DNA of 64,000 bases from Prorocentrum cordatum (lineage: Eukaryota). The position numbers and the translations under genes are program-made. This document shows positions 1 through 12,500 of this stretch, in pieces (the stretch's first letter is position 1; each line of letters starts with the position of its first letter). A model generated the notes under the pieces. That model ran no database searches, was not told the DNA's origin, and saw only the letters and a program-made list of their open reading frames with translations. The stretch is taken from positions 1 to 64,000 of the forward strand of contig CAUYUJ010000019.1 in the NCBI GenBank assembly GCA_963575745.1, given 5' to 3'.

Positions 1-1300
1 GCACAGCTATCGCACTCAGAATCATCAGGCGCGTTCGCCTGACGAATACATAGGTTTGAACTTGGTCTGCTAGCCGAGCTACGTGCGCACACCTATTCGT
101 ATTATCCGATTCAACTTGATACGCGTGATGGGTATTTTGTACTTATTCCGAGCTGAAGGGCAGCTACAGTGCTGGTAAGCACGCCTATCGCACTCAGAAT
201 CATCAGGGGTGTTCGTCCGCCTGTTGGATCCAGAGCTCGGAACTCGGTCTGCTGTCCAAATTAGATCGGCACAACTTCTATATTGTTCGAGTCATTCTGA
301 AAAGTGCTGTCGGTTTTCTGCACCTAACTCGGGCCTGTAGGGGGGCGGCAGGGCTGGTGACAGAAGTCGATTCGAAGACATCAGACGCGTCCACCTGTCG
401 CATTCAGAGGTCAACAAATATTTACTATAAGTCGGAATGTTGGATGCGCGGTTTTCTCAACTAACATCAAGGTAGGAAGCTCTACGAGTCCCCGGCGGTA
501 ACAAAGGTTGACGGTTTACCGCCGGCGCCCAGTTCCGGAGCGCTGGAGAGCTAGTACCTCGTAGAGCTCTTCGTTATCGATGAGCTAGAGGAATTCCGGC
601 GCAGGGTGGAGCTAGTAACTCGTAGAGCTTCCCTTAGCTAGTTATAGCTGGAAGCTTAAGAGTAATTCCGGGGAGCTGGAGAGCTAGTTGGCAAGAAAAA
701 TCTCATTGTGACAGACATCGCTGGGGAATTATCAGTCGCGTTCGTCTATCGTACCGAGAGCTCTGAACTCGGCCTGCTGCCCGAGCTAGGTTCGCGAAGC
801 TGTTCGTATTGTCCGAATGATCTTGAGACATGCTCTCAATTTTCTGCACTCAACTCGTGCTGGGGAAGGGCTACAGTGCTGCAGGTCGCATGTATCGATT
901 TGCACACATCAGGCACGTCTTTCGGTCGATTCCAGAGCTCGGAACTCGGTCTGCTGGTCGAACTAGGTTCGCAAAACTATTATATCATTCGAATCGATAC
1001 TGTCGGTTTTCTGCACTTAACTCGGGCTGTAGGGGGGCTTCAGTGCTGGGAATCACATGAGTGGATTCGCAGACATCAGACGCGCCCGCCTGTCGCATTC
1101 AGAGGTCTCAACTCGGTTTGATACTCGAACTGGGTTGCGAAACTGTTCGTTTTGTGTTAGCGTCATCTTGAGAGGTCTGAAATCGCTTGGGCTTAAAAAA
1201 TAGTCGTTCTTTCGAGTTTTTTTCCACAGTATATATTGTCAGGAAGCTCTACGAGTCTCCCGGCGGTAAGAAAGGTTGACGGTTTACCGCCGGCGCCCAG

Positions 1301-2573
1301 TAACTCGTAGAGCTTCCCTTAGCAAGTTATTGCTGGAAGCTTAAGAGTAATTCCGGGGCGCTGGAGAGCTAGTTGGCAAGAAAATCTCGACGGACCTTTT
1401 GGTGACTTTTGGTCGGTTGAAAATTTCGTTCTCGGAATTTGACAATTCGTTAGAGCTCTAGTATTTTTTCCCATGATATTCGATCTCATTCCCGCTCGCC
1501 ATCTTGATCTCAGCTCGATCGGGTAACTTTGAAGGCCAAAAAGCGCAGGGGCGGGAACGGCCGGTTCGAGTCATCTTGATACGCGCTATCGGTATTTTGT
1601 ACTTAACTCGAGCTGTAGGGCAGCTACAGAGCTGGTGAGCACAGCTATCGCACTCAGAATCATCAGGCGCGTTCGCCTGTTGAATCCAGAGGTCTGAACT
1701 CGGTCTGCCAGCCGGGCTAGGTTCGCAAACCTATTTGTATTATTCGAGTCATCTTGATAGACACTCTCGGTTTTCTGTACTTAACTCGAGCTTTGGGGCA
1801 GCTACAGTGCTTGTAAGCACAGCTATCGCACCCAGAATCATCACGCGCGTTCGTCTGTTGAATCCAGAGGTCTGAACTCGGCCTGCTAGCCGAGCTAGGT
1901 CCGCAAACCTATCAGTATTATTGGAGTGATCTTGATAGACGCTCTCGGTTTTCTGTACTTAACTCGAGCTGTAGGGCAGCTACAGGGCTCATTGTGACAG
2001 ACATCGCTGGGGAATTATCAGTCGCGTTCGTCTATCGTACCGAGAGCTCTGAACTCGGCCTGCTGCCCGAGCTAGGTTCGCGAAACTGTTCGTATTGTCC
2101 GAATGATCTTGTGACATGCTCTCAATTTTCTGCACTCAACTCGTGCTGGGGAAGGGCTACAGTGCTGCAGGTCACATATATCGATTTGCACACATCAGGC
2201 GCGTCTTTCGGTCGATTCCAGAGCTCGGAACTCGGTCTGCTGCTCGAACTAGGTTCGCAAAACTATTATATTATTCGAATCGATACTGTCGGTTTTCTGC
2301 ACTTAACTCGGGCGTAGGGGGGCTTCAGTGCTGGGAATCACATGAGTGGATTCGCAGACATCAGACGCGCCCGCCTGATTCAAGGTCGGTTTGATACTCG
2401 AACTGGGTTGCAAAACTGTTCGTTTTTTGTTAGCGTCATCTTGAGAGGTCTGAAATCGCTTGGGCTTAAAAAATACTCGTTCTTTCGAGTTTTTTCCCAC
2501 AGTATATATTGTCAGGAAGCTCTACGAGTCTCCCGGCGGTAAGAAAGGTTGACGGTTTACCGCCGGCGCCCAG
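1301..2573 (+). mobile_element. Full-length family A element (1273 bp)
   Basis: Starts TAACTCGTAGAGCTTCC directly after the previous element's CCCAG. Ends with subterminal IR, hairpin and CCCAG. Confidence 0.8.
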
Positions 2574-4022
2574 TTGGCAGACCCGGCCAGAACGGACAAA
2601 GTGATAACTTTTGGGTGGTTTTGCAATTTTTTGAAAGATATTTGACCATTTATTTTGAGAAAGCAGATTTTTCGCACCTTTAAACGGCTTTGAGGGTCTC
2701 TCTGTCTTAGTATGAGCTTTGTAGGCGCACTTTCACTATCAAAACACTTGGAGCAACCATCTTCATGTCGACACGAAAAAATCAATTATTCTCTTTTGTT
2801 AAGAAAAGCTTCGAGAAACTCTCCCTTTCGACTCTGAGCACTCTTTCGCGTGGAAGGAGCTCTACGAGGTTCCCGGCGGTGACCGGGTTGACGGTTCACC
2901 GCCGGCGCCAGTTGGCAAGAAAAATCTCGACGGACCTTTTGCTGACTTTTGGTCGGTTGAAAATTTGGTTCTCAAAATTTGACCATTCGTTAGAGCTCTA
3001 GTATTTTTTCCCATGATATTCGATCTTATTCCCGCTCGCCATCTTGATCTCAGCTCGATCGGGTAACTTTGAAGACCAAAAAGCAGGCAGGCGGGAACAG
3101 CCATTTTGAGTCATCTCGATACGCGCTGTCGGTTTTCTTGAGATAACTCGAGCTTCAGGACAGCTACAGAGCTGGTCAGCACAGCTAATGCATTCAGAAT
3201 GATCAGGCGCGTTCGCCTGTTGAATCCAAAGGTCTGAACTCGGTCTGCTAGCCGAGCTAGGGTCGCGAACCTATTGGTATTGTTCGAGTTATCTTGAGAA
3301 GTGCTCTCGGTTTTCTGTACTTAAATCGTGCTGGGGGAGGGCTAGAGTGCTGCTAGTCACAGGAATCGAGTTCGAGACATCAGGCGCGTTCGTTCGTCGA
3401 ACCGAGAGCTCCGAACTCGGTCTGCTGCTCGAACGAGATCCGCGAAACTGTTGTATTATTCGAGTCATTCTGAGAGGTACTCTCGGTTTTCTGCACTTAA
3501 CTCAGGCTGTATGGGGGGCTGCAGAGCTGGTAATCACAGGAATCGATCTGCAGACATCAGACGCGTCGCCTGTCGCATTCAGAGGTAGAAAATCGGTTTC
3601 ATACTCGAGCTCGATAGAAAAAAACTGTTTGTTGTTTGGTTGAGTAATCTTGAGAGGTCTATAATTCGCTTGGCGAAAAAACCAGTCGTCTAAATAAAAT
3701 TCTTCCCCACATTTTCCACATTATAAATGTCAGGAAGCTCTACGGAGTTCCCCCGAGTCCCCCGGCGTAAGAAAGGTTGGACGGTTTTACGCCGGGCGCG
3801 CCCAGTTGGCTCCCCCCCCCCCCCTCAAAAAAAAAAATCTCGACGGAACTTTTGGTGACTTTTGCTCGGTTGAAAATTTTGTTCTCGAAAATTGACCATT
3901 CGTTAGAGCTCTAGTATTTTTTCCCGTGATATTCGATCTTATTCCCGCTCGCCATCTTGATCTCAGCTCGATCGGATAACTTTGAAGGCCAAAAAGCACA
4001 GTGGCGGTAACGGCCGTTTTGA

Positions 4023-4912
4023 GTCATCTTGATATGCGCTGTCGGTATTTTGTACTTAACTCGAGCTGTAGGGCAGCTACAGAGCTGGCCAGCACAGCTA
4101 TCGCACTGAGAATCAGCAGACGCGTCCGCCCGTTGAATCCAGAGGTCTGAACTCGGTCTGCTAGCCGAGCTAGGTCCGGAAACCTATTTGTATTATTCGA
4201 GTCAACTTGATACGCGTTGTCGGTATTTTCTACTTAACTCGAGCTGTAGGGCAGCTACAGTGCTGATAAGCAGGCCTATCGCCCGCAGAATGATCAGGCG
4301 CGGTCGGCTGTTGAATTCATAGGTCCGAACTCGGTCTGCTAGGCGAGCTAGGTCCGCAAACCTATTCGTATTATTCGAGTGAACTTGATACGGACTGTCG
4401 GTATTTTCTACTTAACTCGAGCTGTAGAGCAGCTACAGTGCTGGTAAGCACACCTATCGCACTCAGAATAATCAGGCGCGTTCGCCTGTTGAATCGATAG
4501 GTCTGAACTCGGTCTGCTAGGCAAGCTAGGTCCGCAAACCTATTCGTATTATTCGAGTCCACTTGATACGCGTTGTCGGTATTTTCTACTTAACTCGCGC
4601 TGTAGGGCAGCTACAGTGCTGGTAAGCACACCTATCGCACTCAGAATAATCAGGCGCGTTCGCCTGTTGAATTCATAGGTCTGAAATCGGTCTGTTACCC
4701 GAGCTAGGTCCGCAAACCTATTCGTATTATTCGTGTCAACTTGATACGCTTTGTCGGTATTCTCTACTTAAATCGAGCTGTAGGGCAGCTACAGTGCTGG
4801 TAAGCACGCCTATCGCACTCAGAATAATCAGGCGCGTTCGCCTGTTGAATCCAGAGCTCTGAACTCGGTCTGCTGCGCGATCTATAATCACGAAACTGTT
4901 CGTATTCTTCCA
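4023..4912 (+). repeat. Internal 178-bp tandem monomers of family A (representative run)
   Basis: The equivalent position recurs at 4201, 4379, 4557 and 4735 (period 178). The same monomer fills every family A copy. Confidence 0.9.
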
Positions 4913-5172
4913 GTCAGCTTGAGAGCTACTGTCGGCGTTCTGCACTTAGTTCGGGCTGTAGGGGGGCTGCAGGGCGGGTAATCAGAGGAATCGATTCGGA
5001 GACATCAGACGCCTCTGTCTGCTGCATTCAGAGGTCCGAACTCGGTCTGATGCTCGAGTTGGGCTGAAAAACTATTCGTTCTCTACAATTTTCTTCGACA
5101 TTATATGTTGTCAGGAAGCTCTACGAGTCCCCCGGCGGTAAGAAAGGTTGACGGTTTACCGCCGGCGCCCAG

Positions 5173-6593
5173 TAACTCGCAGAGCTTCCCTGATCAAGTT
5201 ATTGCTGGAAGCTTAAGAGTAATTCCGGAGCGCTGGAGAGCTAGTTGGCTCGAAAAAAAAAGGACTGAACCTTTGAAACTTTTTCGGTTGAAAAATTATG
5301 TTCTCGAAAATTTGACCATTGTTGGAGCCTCTGTATTTTTTTCACCGTGATAATCGATTCTTTATTCCCGCTCGCCATCTTGATCTCAGCTCGATCGGGT
5401 AACTTTGAAGGCCAAAAAGCACGGTGGCGGGAACGGCCGTTTCGAGTCATTTTGATATGCGCTGTCGGTATTTGTACTTAACTCGAGCTGTAGGGCAGCT
5501 ACAGAGCTGGCCAGCACAGCTATCGCACTCAGAATCAGCAGACGCGTTCGCCTGTTGAATCCAGAGGTCTGAACTCGGTCTGGCAGCCGAGCTAGGTCCG
5601 GAAACCTATTCGTATTATTCGAGTCAACTTGATACGCGTTGTCGGTATTTTCTACTTAACTCGAGCTGTAGGGCAGCTACAGTGCTGGTAAGCACGCCTA
5701 TCGCTCGCAGAATGATCAGGCGCGGTCGCCTGTTGAATTGATAGGTCTGAACTCGGTCTGCTAGGCGAGCTAGGTCCGCAAACCTATTCGTATTATTCGA
5801 GTGAGCTTGATACGCGTTGTCGGCATTTTCTACTTAACTCGAGCTGTAGGCAGCTACAGTGCTGGTAAGCACACCTATCGCACTCAGAATAATCAGGCGC
5901 GTTCGCCTGTTGAATCGATAGGTCTGAACTCGGTCTGCTAGGCGAGCTAGGTCCGCAAACCTATTCGTATTATTCGAGTCCACTTGATACGCGTTGTCGG
6001 TATTTTCTACTTAACTCGCGCTGTAGGGCAGCTACAGTGCTGGTAAGCACACCTATCGCACTCAGAATAATCAGGCGCGTTCGCCTGTTGAATTCATAGG
6101 TCTGAAATCGGTCTGTTAGCCGAGCTAGGTCCGCAAACCTATTCGTATTATTCGTGTCAACTTGATACGCTTCGTCGGTATTCTCTACTTAAATCGAGCT
6201 GTAGGGCAGCTACAGTGCTGGTAAGCACGCCTATCGCACTCAGAATAATCAGGCGCGTTCGCCTGTTGAATCCAGAGCTCTGAACTCGGTCTGCTGCGCG
6301 ATCTAGAATCACGAAACTGTTCGTATTCTTCCAGTCAGCTTGAGAGCTACTGTCGGCGTTCTGCACTTAGCTCGGGCTGTAGGGGGGCTGCAGGGCGGGT
6401 AATCAGAGGAATCGATTCGGAGACATCAGACGCCTCTGTCTGCTGCATTCAGAGGTCCGAACTCGGTCTGATGCTCGAGTTGGGCTGAAAAACTATTCGT
6501 TCTCTACAATTTTATTCGACATTATATGTTGTCAGGAAGCTCTACGAGTCCCCCGGCGGTAACAAAGGTTGACGGTTTACCGCCGGCGCCCAG
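5173..6593 (+). mobile_element. Full-length family A element (1421 bp), near-duplicate of the preceding copy
   Basis: Both termini present. It is 358 bp (about two monomers) longer than the 1063-bp copies. Confidence 0.8.
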
Positions 6594-9500
6594 TTCCGGC
6601 GCGTTGGAGAGCTAGTTGGCAAGAAAAATCTCGACGGACCTTTTGCTGACTTTTGGTCGGTTGAAAATTTTGTTCTCGAAATTTGACCATTCGTTAGAGC
6701 TCTAGTATTTTTTCCCATGATATTCGATCTTATTCCCGCTCGCCATCTTGATCTCAGCTCGATCGGGTAACTTTTGAAGGCCAAAAAGCAGGCAGGCGGG
6801 AACGGCCGTTTCGAGTCATCTTGATACGCGCTGTCGGTTTTCTCAAGATAACTCGAGCTTCAGGGCAGCTACAGGGCTCGTCAGCACAGGTAATGCATTC
6901 AGAATGATCAGGCGCGTTCGCCTGTTCAATCCAGAGGTCTGAACTCGGTCTGCTAGCCGAGCTAGGGTCGAAAACTTAATCGTATTATTCGAGTCATAAC
7001 AGACGCTCTCGGTTTTTCGAACTTAACTCGGTCTGTAGGGCATCTACAGAGCTGATAATCACAGAAATCGGTTGGGAACTATCAAGCGCATTCGTCTGTT
7101 AAATTAAGAGCTCTGAACTCATCCTGTTTCCCGAGCTAGGTTCGCGACCCTATTGTATTGTTCGAGTCATCTTGAGAAGTGCCCTTGGTTTTCGGTGCTT
7201 AAATCGTACTGGGGAGGGCTACAGTGCTGCTGGTCACAGGGATCGATTTCGAGACGTCAGGCGCGTCCGTTCGTCGAACCGAGAGCTCGGAACTCGGTCT
7301 GCTGCTCGAACGAGATTCGCAAAACTGTTGTATTATTCGAGTCATGCTGAGAGATACTCTCGGTTTTCTGCGCTGAATTCAGGCTGTATGGGAGGCTGCA
7401 GAGCTGGTAATCACAGGAACCGATCCGCAGACATCAGACGCGTCCGCCTGTCGCATTCAGAGGTCTGAACTCGGTTTCATACTCGAGCTCGATTGGAAAA
7501 CTGTTCGTTTGTTTTGTTGGAGTCATCTTGAGAGGTGTACAATCGCTTGGGCTGAAGACCTAGTCGTTCTCCGAAATTCTTTTCCACATTATATATTGTC
7601 AGGAAGCTCTACGAGTCCCCCGGCGGTAAGAAAGGTTGACGGTTTACCGCCGGCGCCCAGTTGGCAAGAAAAATCTCGACGGACCTTTTGTGACTTTTGG
7701 TCGGTTGAAAATTTTGTTCTCGAAATTTGACAATTCGTTAGAGCTCTAGTATTTTTTCCCGTGATATTCGATCTTATTCCCGCTCGCCATCTTGATCTCA
7801 GCTCGATCGGGTAACTTTGAAGGCCAAAAAGCGTCCCGGCGGGAACGACCGTTTCAAGTCATATTGATACGCGCTGTCGGTATTTTGTACTTAACTCGAG
7901 CTGTAGGGCAGCTACAGAGCTGGTAAGCACACCTATCGCGCTCAGAATTATCACGCGCGTTCGCCTGTTGAATCCAGAGGTCTGAACTCGGTCTGCTAGC
8001 CGAGCTAGGTCCGCAAACCTATTCGTATCATTCGAGTTATCTTGATAGACGCTCTCGGTTTTCTGCACTTAACTCGAGCTGTAGGGCAGCTACAGAGCTG
8101 GTAAGCACAGCTATCGCATTCAGAAGTATCACACGCGTTCGCCTGTTGCATCCAGAGGTCTGAAATCGGTCTGCTAGCCGAGCTAGGTCTGCAAACCTAT
8201 TCGTATTATGCGAGTCATCTTGACAGACGCTCTCTGTTTTTTGTATTTAACTCGAGCTGTAGGGAAGCTACAGGGCTCATTGTGACAGACATCGATGGGG
8301 AATTTTCAGTCGCGTTCGTCTATTGAACCGAGAGCTCTGAACTCGGCCTGCTGCCCGAGCTAGGTTCGCAAACTATTCGTATTGTCCGAATGATCTTGGG
8401 AAGTGCTCCCAATTTTCTGCACTCAACTTGTGCTGGGGGAGGGCTACATTGCTGCGGATCAGATATATCGATTTGCACACATCAGACGCGTCTTTCGGTC
8501 GATTCTAGAGCTCGGAACTCGGTTTGCTGCTCGAACTAGATCGCAAAACTATCACGTTATTCAAGTCGATACTGTCGGTTTTTCGCACTTAACTCGCGCT
8601 GTAGGGGGCTTCAGGGCTGGGAATCACATACGTGGATTCGCAGACATCAGACGCGCCCGCCTGTCGCATTCAGAGCTTTGAACTCGGTTTGATACTCGAA
8701 CTGGGTTGCAAAACTGTTCCTTTTTCCGTTAGCGTTATCTTGAGAGGTCTGAAATCGCTTGGGCTTAAAAAATATTCGTTCTTTGGAGTTTTTCTCCACA
8801 GTATATATTGTCAGGAAGCTCTACGAGTCCCCCGGCGGTAAGAAAGGTTGACGGTTTACCGCCGGCGCCCAGTTGGCAAGAAAAATCTCGACGGACCTTT
8901 TGGTGACTTTTGGTCAGTTGGAAATTTCGCTCTCGAAATTTGACCATTCGTTAGAGCTCTAGTATTTTTTCCCATGATATTCGATCTTATTCCCGCTCGC
9001 CATCTTGATCTCAGCTCGATCGGCTAACTTTGAAGGCCAAAAAGCAGGCAGGCGGGAACGGCCGTTTCGAGTCATCTTGATAGTCTCTGTCGGTTTTCTC
9101 AAGATAACTCGAGCTTCAGGACACCTACAGAGCTGGTTAGCACAGCTAATGCGTTCAGAATGATCAGGCGCGTTCGCCTGTTGAATCCAGAGGTCTGAAC
9201 TCGGTCTGCTAGCCGAGCTAGGGTCGAAAACTTAATCGTATTATTCGAGTCATTGTAGCAGACGCTCTCGGTTTTTCGTACTTAACTCGATCTAGGGCAG
9301 CCACAGAGCTCATACTAACAGAAATCGATTGAGACTTATCAGGCGCGTTCGTCTGTTGCATCAAGAGCTCTGAAATCGGCCTTCTCTCCGAGCTAGGTTC
9401 GCGAACCCATTCGTATTGTTCGAGTCATCTTAAGAAGTGCTCTCGGTTTTCTGTACATAAATCGTGCTGGGGGAGGGCTATAGCTCTGCTGGTCACATGA

Positions 9501-12500
9501 ATCGATTTCGAGACATCAGGCGCGTCCGTTCGTCGAACCGATCGCTCGAAACTCGGTCTGCTGCTCGAACGAAATCTGCGAAACTGTTTTTGTTAGAGTC
9601 ATCTTTGGAGGTTCATAAGCGAAAACTGGTCGTTCTCTGAAATTCGTTTCCACATTATATATTGTCAGGAAGCTCTACGAGTCCCCCGGCGGTAAGAAAG
9701 GTTGACGGTTTACCGCCGGCGCCCAGTTCCGGCGCGGGTTGAAGCTAGTAACTCGTAGAGCTTCCCTTAGCTAGTAACTCGTAGAGCTTCCCTTAGCTAG
9801 TTATAGCTGGAAGCTAAGAGTAATTCCGGCGCGCCCCAGAGCTAGTTGGCAAGAAAAATCTCGACGGACCTTTTGGTGACTTTTGGTCGGTTGAAAATTT
9901 TGTTCTCGAAATTTGACATTCGTTTGAGCTCTAGTATTTTTTCCCATGATATTCGATCTTATTCCCGCTCGCCATCTTGATCTCAGCTCGATCGGGTAAC
10001 TTTGAAGGCCAAAAAGCAGGCAGGCGGGAACGGCCGTTTCGAGTCATCTTGATACGCGCTGTCGGTTTTCTAACATAACTCGAGCTTCAGGGCAGCTACA
10101 GAGCTGGTAAGCACAGCTATCGCACTCAGAATGATCAGGCGCGTTCGCCTGTTGAATCCAGAGGTCTGAACTCGGTCTGCTAGCCGAGCTAGGTCCGCAA
10201 ACCTATTCGTATTATTCCAGTCATCTTGATAGACGCTCTCGGTTTTCTGTACTTAACTCGAGCTGTAGGGCAGCTACAGGGCTCATTGTGACAGACATCG
10301 ATGGGAAATTATCAGTCGCGTTCGTCTATTGAACCGAGAGCTCTGAACTCGGCCTGCTGCCCGAGCTAGGTTCGCGAAACTATTCGTATTGTCCGAATGA
10401 TCTTGAGACGTGCTCTCAATTTTCTGCACTCAACTTGTGCTGGGGGAGGGCTTCAGTGCTGCGGGTCACATATATCGATTTGCACACATCAGGCACGTCT
10501 TTCGGTCGATTCGAGAGCTTGGAACTTGGTCTACTGCTCGAACTAGATTCGCAAAACTATTATATTATTCGAGTCGATACTGTCGGTTTTCTGCACTTAA
10601 CTCGGGCTGTAGGGGGGCTTCAGGGCTGGGGATCACATGAGTGGATTCGGAGACATCAGACGCGCCCGCATGTCGCATGGAGAGGTCTGAACTCGGTTTG
10701 ATACTCGAACTGGGTTGCGAAACTGTTTGTTTTTTTGTTAGTGTTATCTTGAGAGGTCTGAAATCGCTTGGGCTTAAAAAATAGTCGTCCTTCGGGGTTT
10801 TTCCCCACAGTATATATTGTCAGGAAGCTCTACGAGTCCCCCGGCGGTAAGAAAGGTTGACGGTTTACCGCCGGCGCCCAGTTATAGCTGGAAGCTAAGA
10901 GTAACTCGTAGAGCTTCCCTTAGCTAGTTATAGCTGGAAGCTAAGAGTAATTCCGGCGCGTCCCAGAGCTAGTTGGCAAGAAAAATCTCGACGGACCTTT
11001 TGGTGACTTTTGGTCGGTTGAAAATTTTGTTCTCGAAATTTGACAATTCGTTAGAGCTCTAGTATTTTTTCCCATGATATTCGATCTTATTTCTGCTCGC
11101 CATCTTGATCTCAGCTCGATCGGGTAACTTTGAAGGCCAAAAAGCAGGCAGGCGGGAACGGCCGTTTCGAGTCATCTTGATAGGCGCTGTCGGTTTTCTC
11201 AAGATAACTCGAGCTTCAGGACACCTACAGAGCTGGTCAGCACAGCTAATGCGTTCAGAATGATCAGGCGCGTTCGCCTGTTGAATCCAGAGGTCTGAAC
11301 TCGGTCTGCTAGCCGAGCTAGGGTCGCAAACCTATTCGTATTATTCGAGTCATTGTAGCAGACGCTCTCGTTCGTACTTATCTTTAGGGCAGCCACAGAG
11401 CTCATACTAACAGAAATCGAATTATCAGGCGCGTTCGTCTGTTGCATCAAGAGCTCTGAAATCGGGGCTCACCCCGAGCTAGGTTCGCGAACCCATTCGT
11501 ATTGTTCGAGTCATCTTCATAAGTGCTCTCGGTTTTCTGTACATAAATCGTGCTGGGGGAGGGCTAGCTCTGCTGGTCACAGGAATCGATTTCGAGACAT
11601 CAGGCCCGTTCGTCGGACCGAGACCTCGGAACTCGGTCTGCTGCAGAGCTGGTAATCACAGAAATCGATCCGCAGACATGAGACACGTCCGCCTGTCGCA
11701 TTCAGAGGTCTGAACTCGGTTTCATACTCGAGCTCGATTGGAAAACTGTTTGTTTGTTTTGTTAGAGTCATCTTTGGAGGTTCATAATCGCTTAAAACTG
11801 GTCGTTCTCTGAAATTCGTTCCACATTATATATTGTCAGGAAGCTCTACGAGTCCCCCGGCGGTAAGAAAGGTTGACGGTTTACCGCCGGCGCCCAGTAA
11901 TTCCGGCGCGCCCCACAGCTAGTTGGCTCGAAAAAAAAGAACTGAACTTTTCACAACTTTTGCTCGGTTGAAAATTTTTTCTCGAAATTTGACCATTCGT
12001 TAGAGCTCTAGTATTTTTTCCCGTGATATTCGATCTTATTCCCGCTCGCCATCTTGATCTCAGCTCGATCGGGTAACTTTGAAGGCCAAAAAGCACACTG
12101 GCGGGAACGGCCGTTTCGAGTCATCTTGATACGCGCTGTCGCTATTTTGTTCTTAACTCGAGCTTGAGGACAGCTACAGAGCTGGTAAGCACAGCTATCG
12201 CACTCAGAATCATCAGGCGCGTTCGCCTGTTGAATCCAGAGGTCTGAACTCGGTCTGCCAGCCGAGCTAGGCCCGCAAACCTATTCGTATTCTTTGAGTC
12301 AACTTGATACGCGTTGTCGGTATTTTCTACTGAACTCGGCTGTAGGGCAGCTACAGTGCTGGTAAGCACACCTATCGCACTCAGAATTATCAGGCGCGTT
12401 CGCCTGTCGACTCCATAGGTCTGAACTCGGTCTGCTAGTCGAGCTAGGTCCGCAAACCTATTCGTATTATTCGAGTCAACCTGATACGTGTTGTCGGTGT

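Noticed and set aside
1301..2573. Retrozyme/Penelope-like tandem with 5' truncations
   Set aside because: No hammerhead core (CTGANGA..GAAA) was seen at the termini. The apparent truncations are often restored exactly by removing nested inserts.
3660..3840. Unusual variant of the terminal hairpin with homopolymer expansions (similar at 22560-22660)
   Set aside because: Dense single-base indels and long C/A runs are typical of low-quality long-read consensus.
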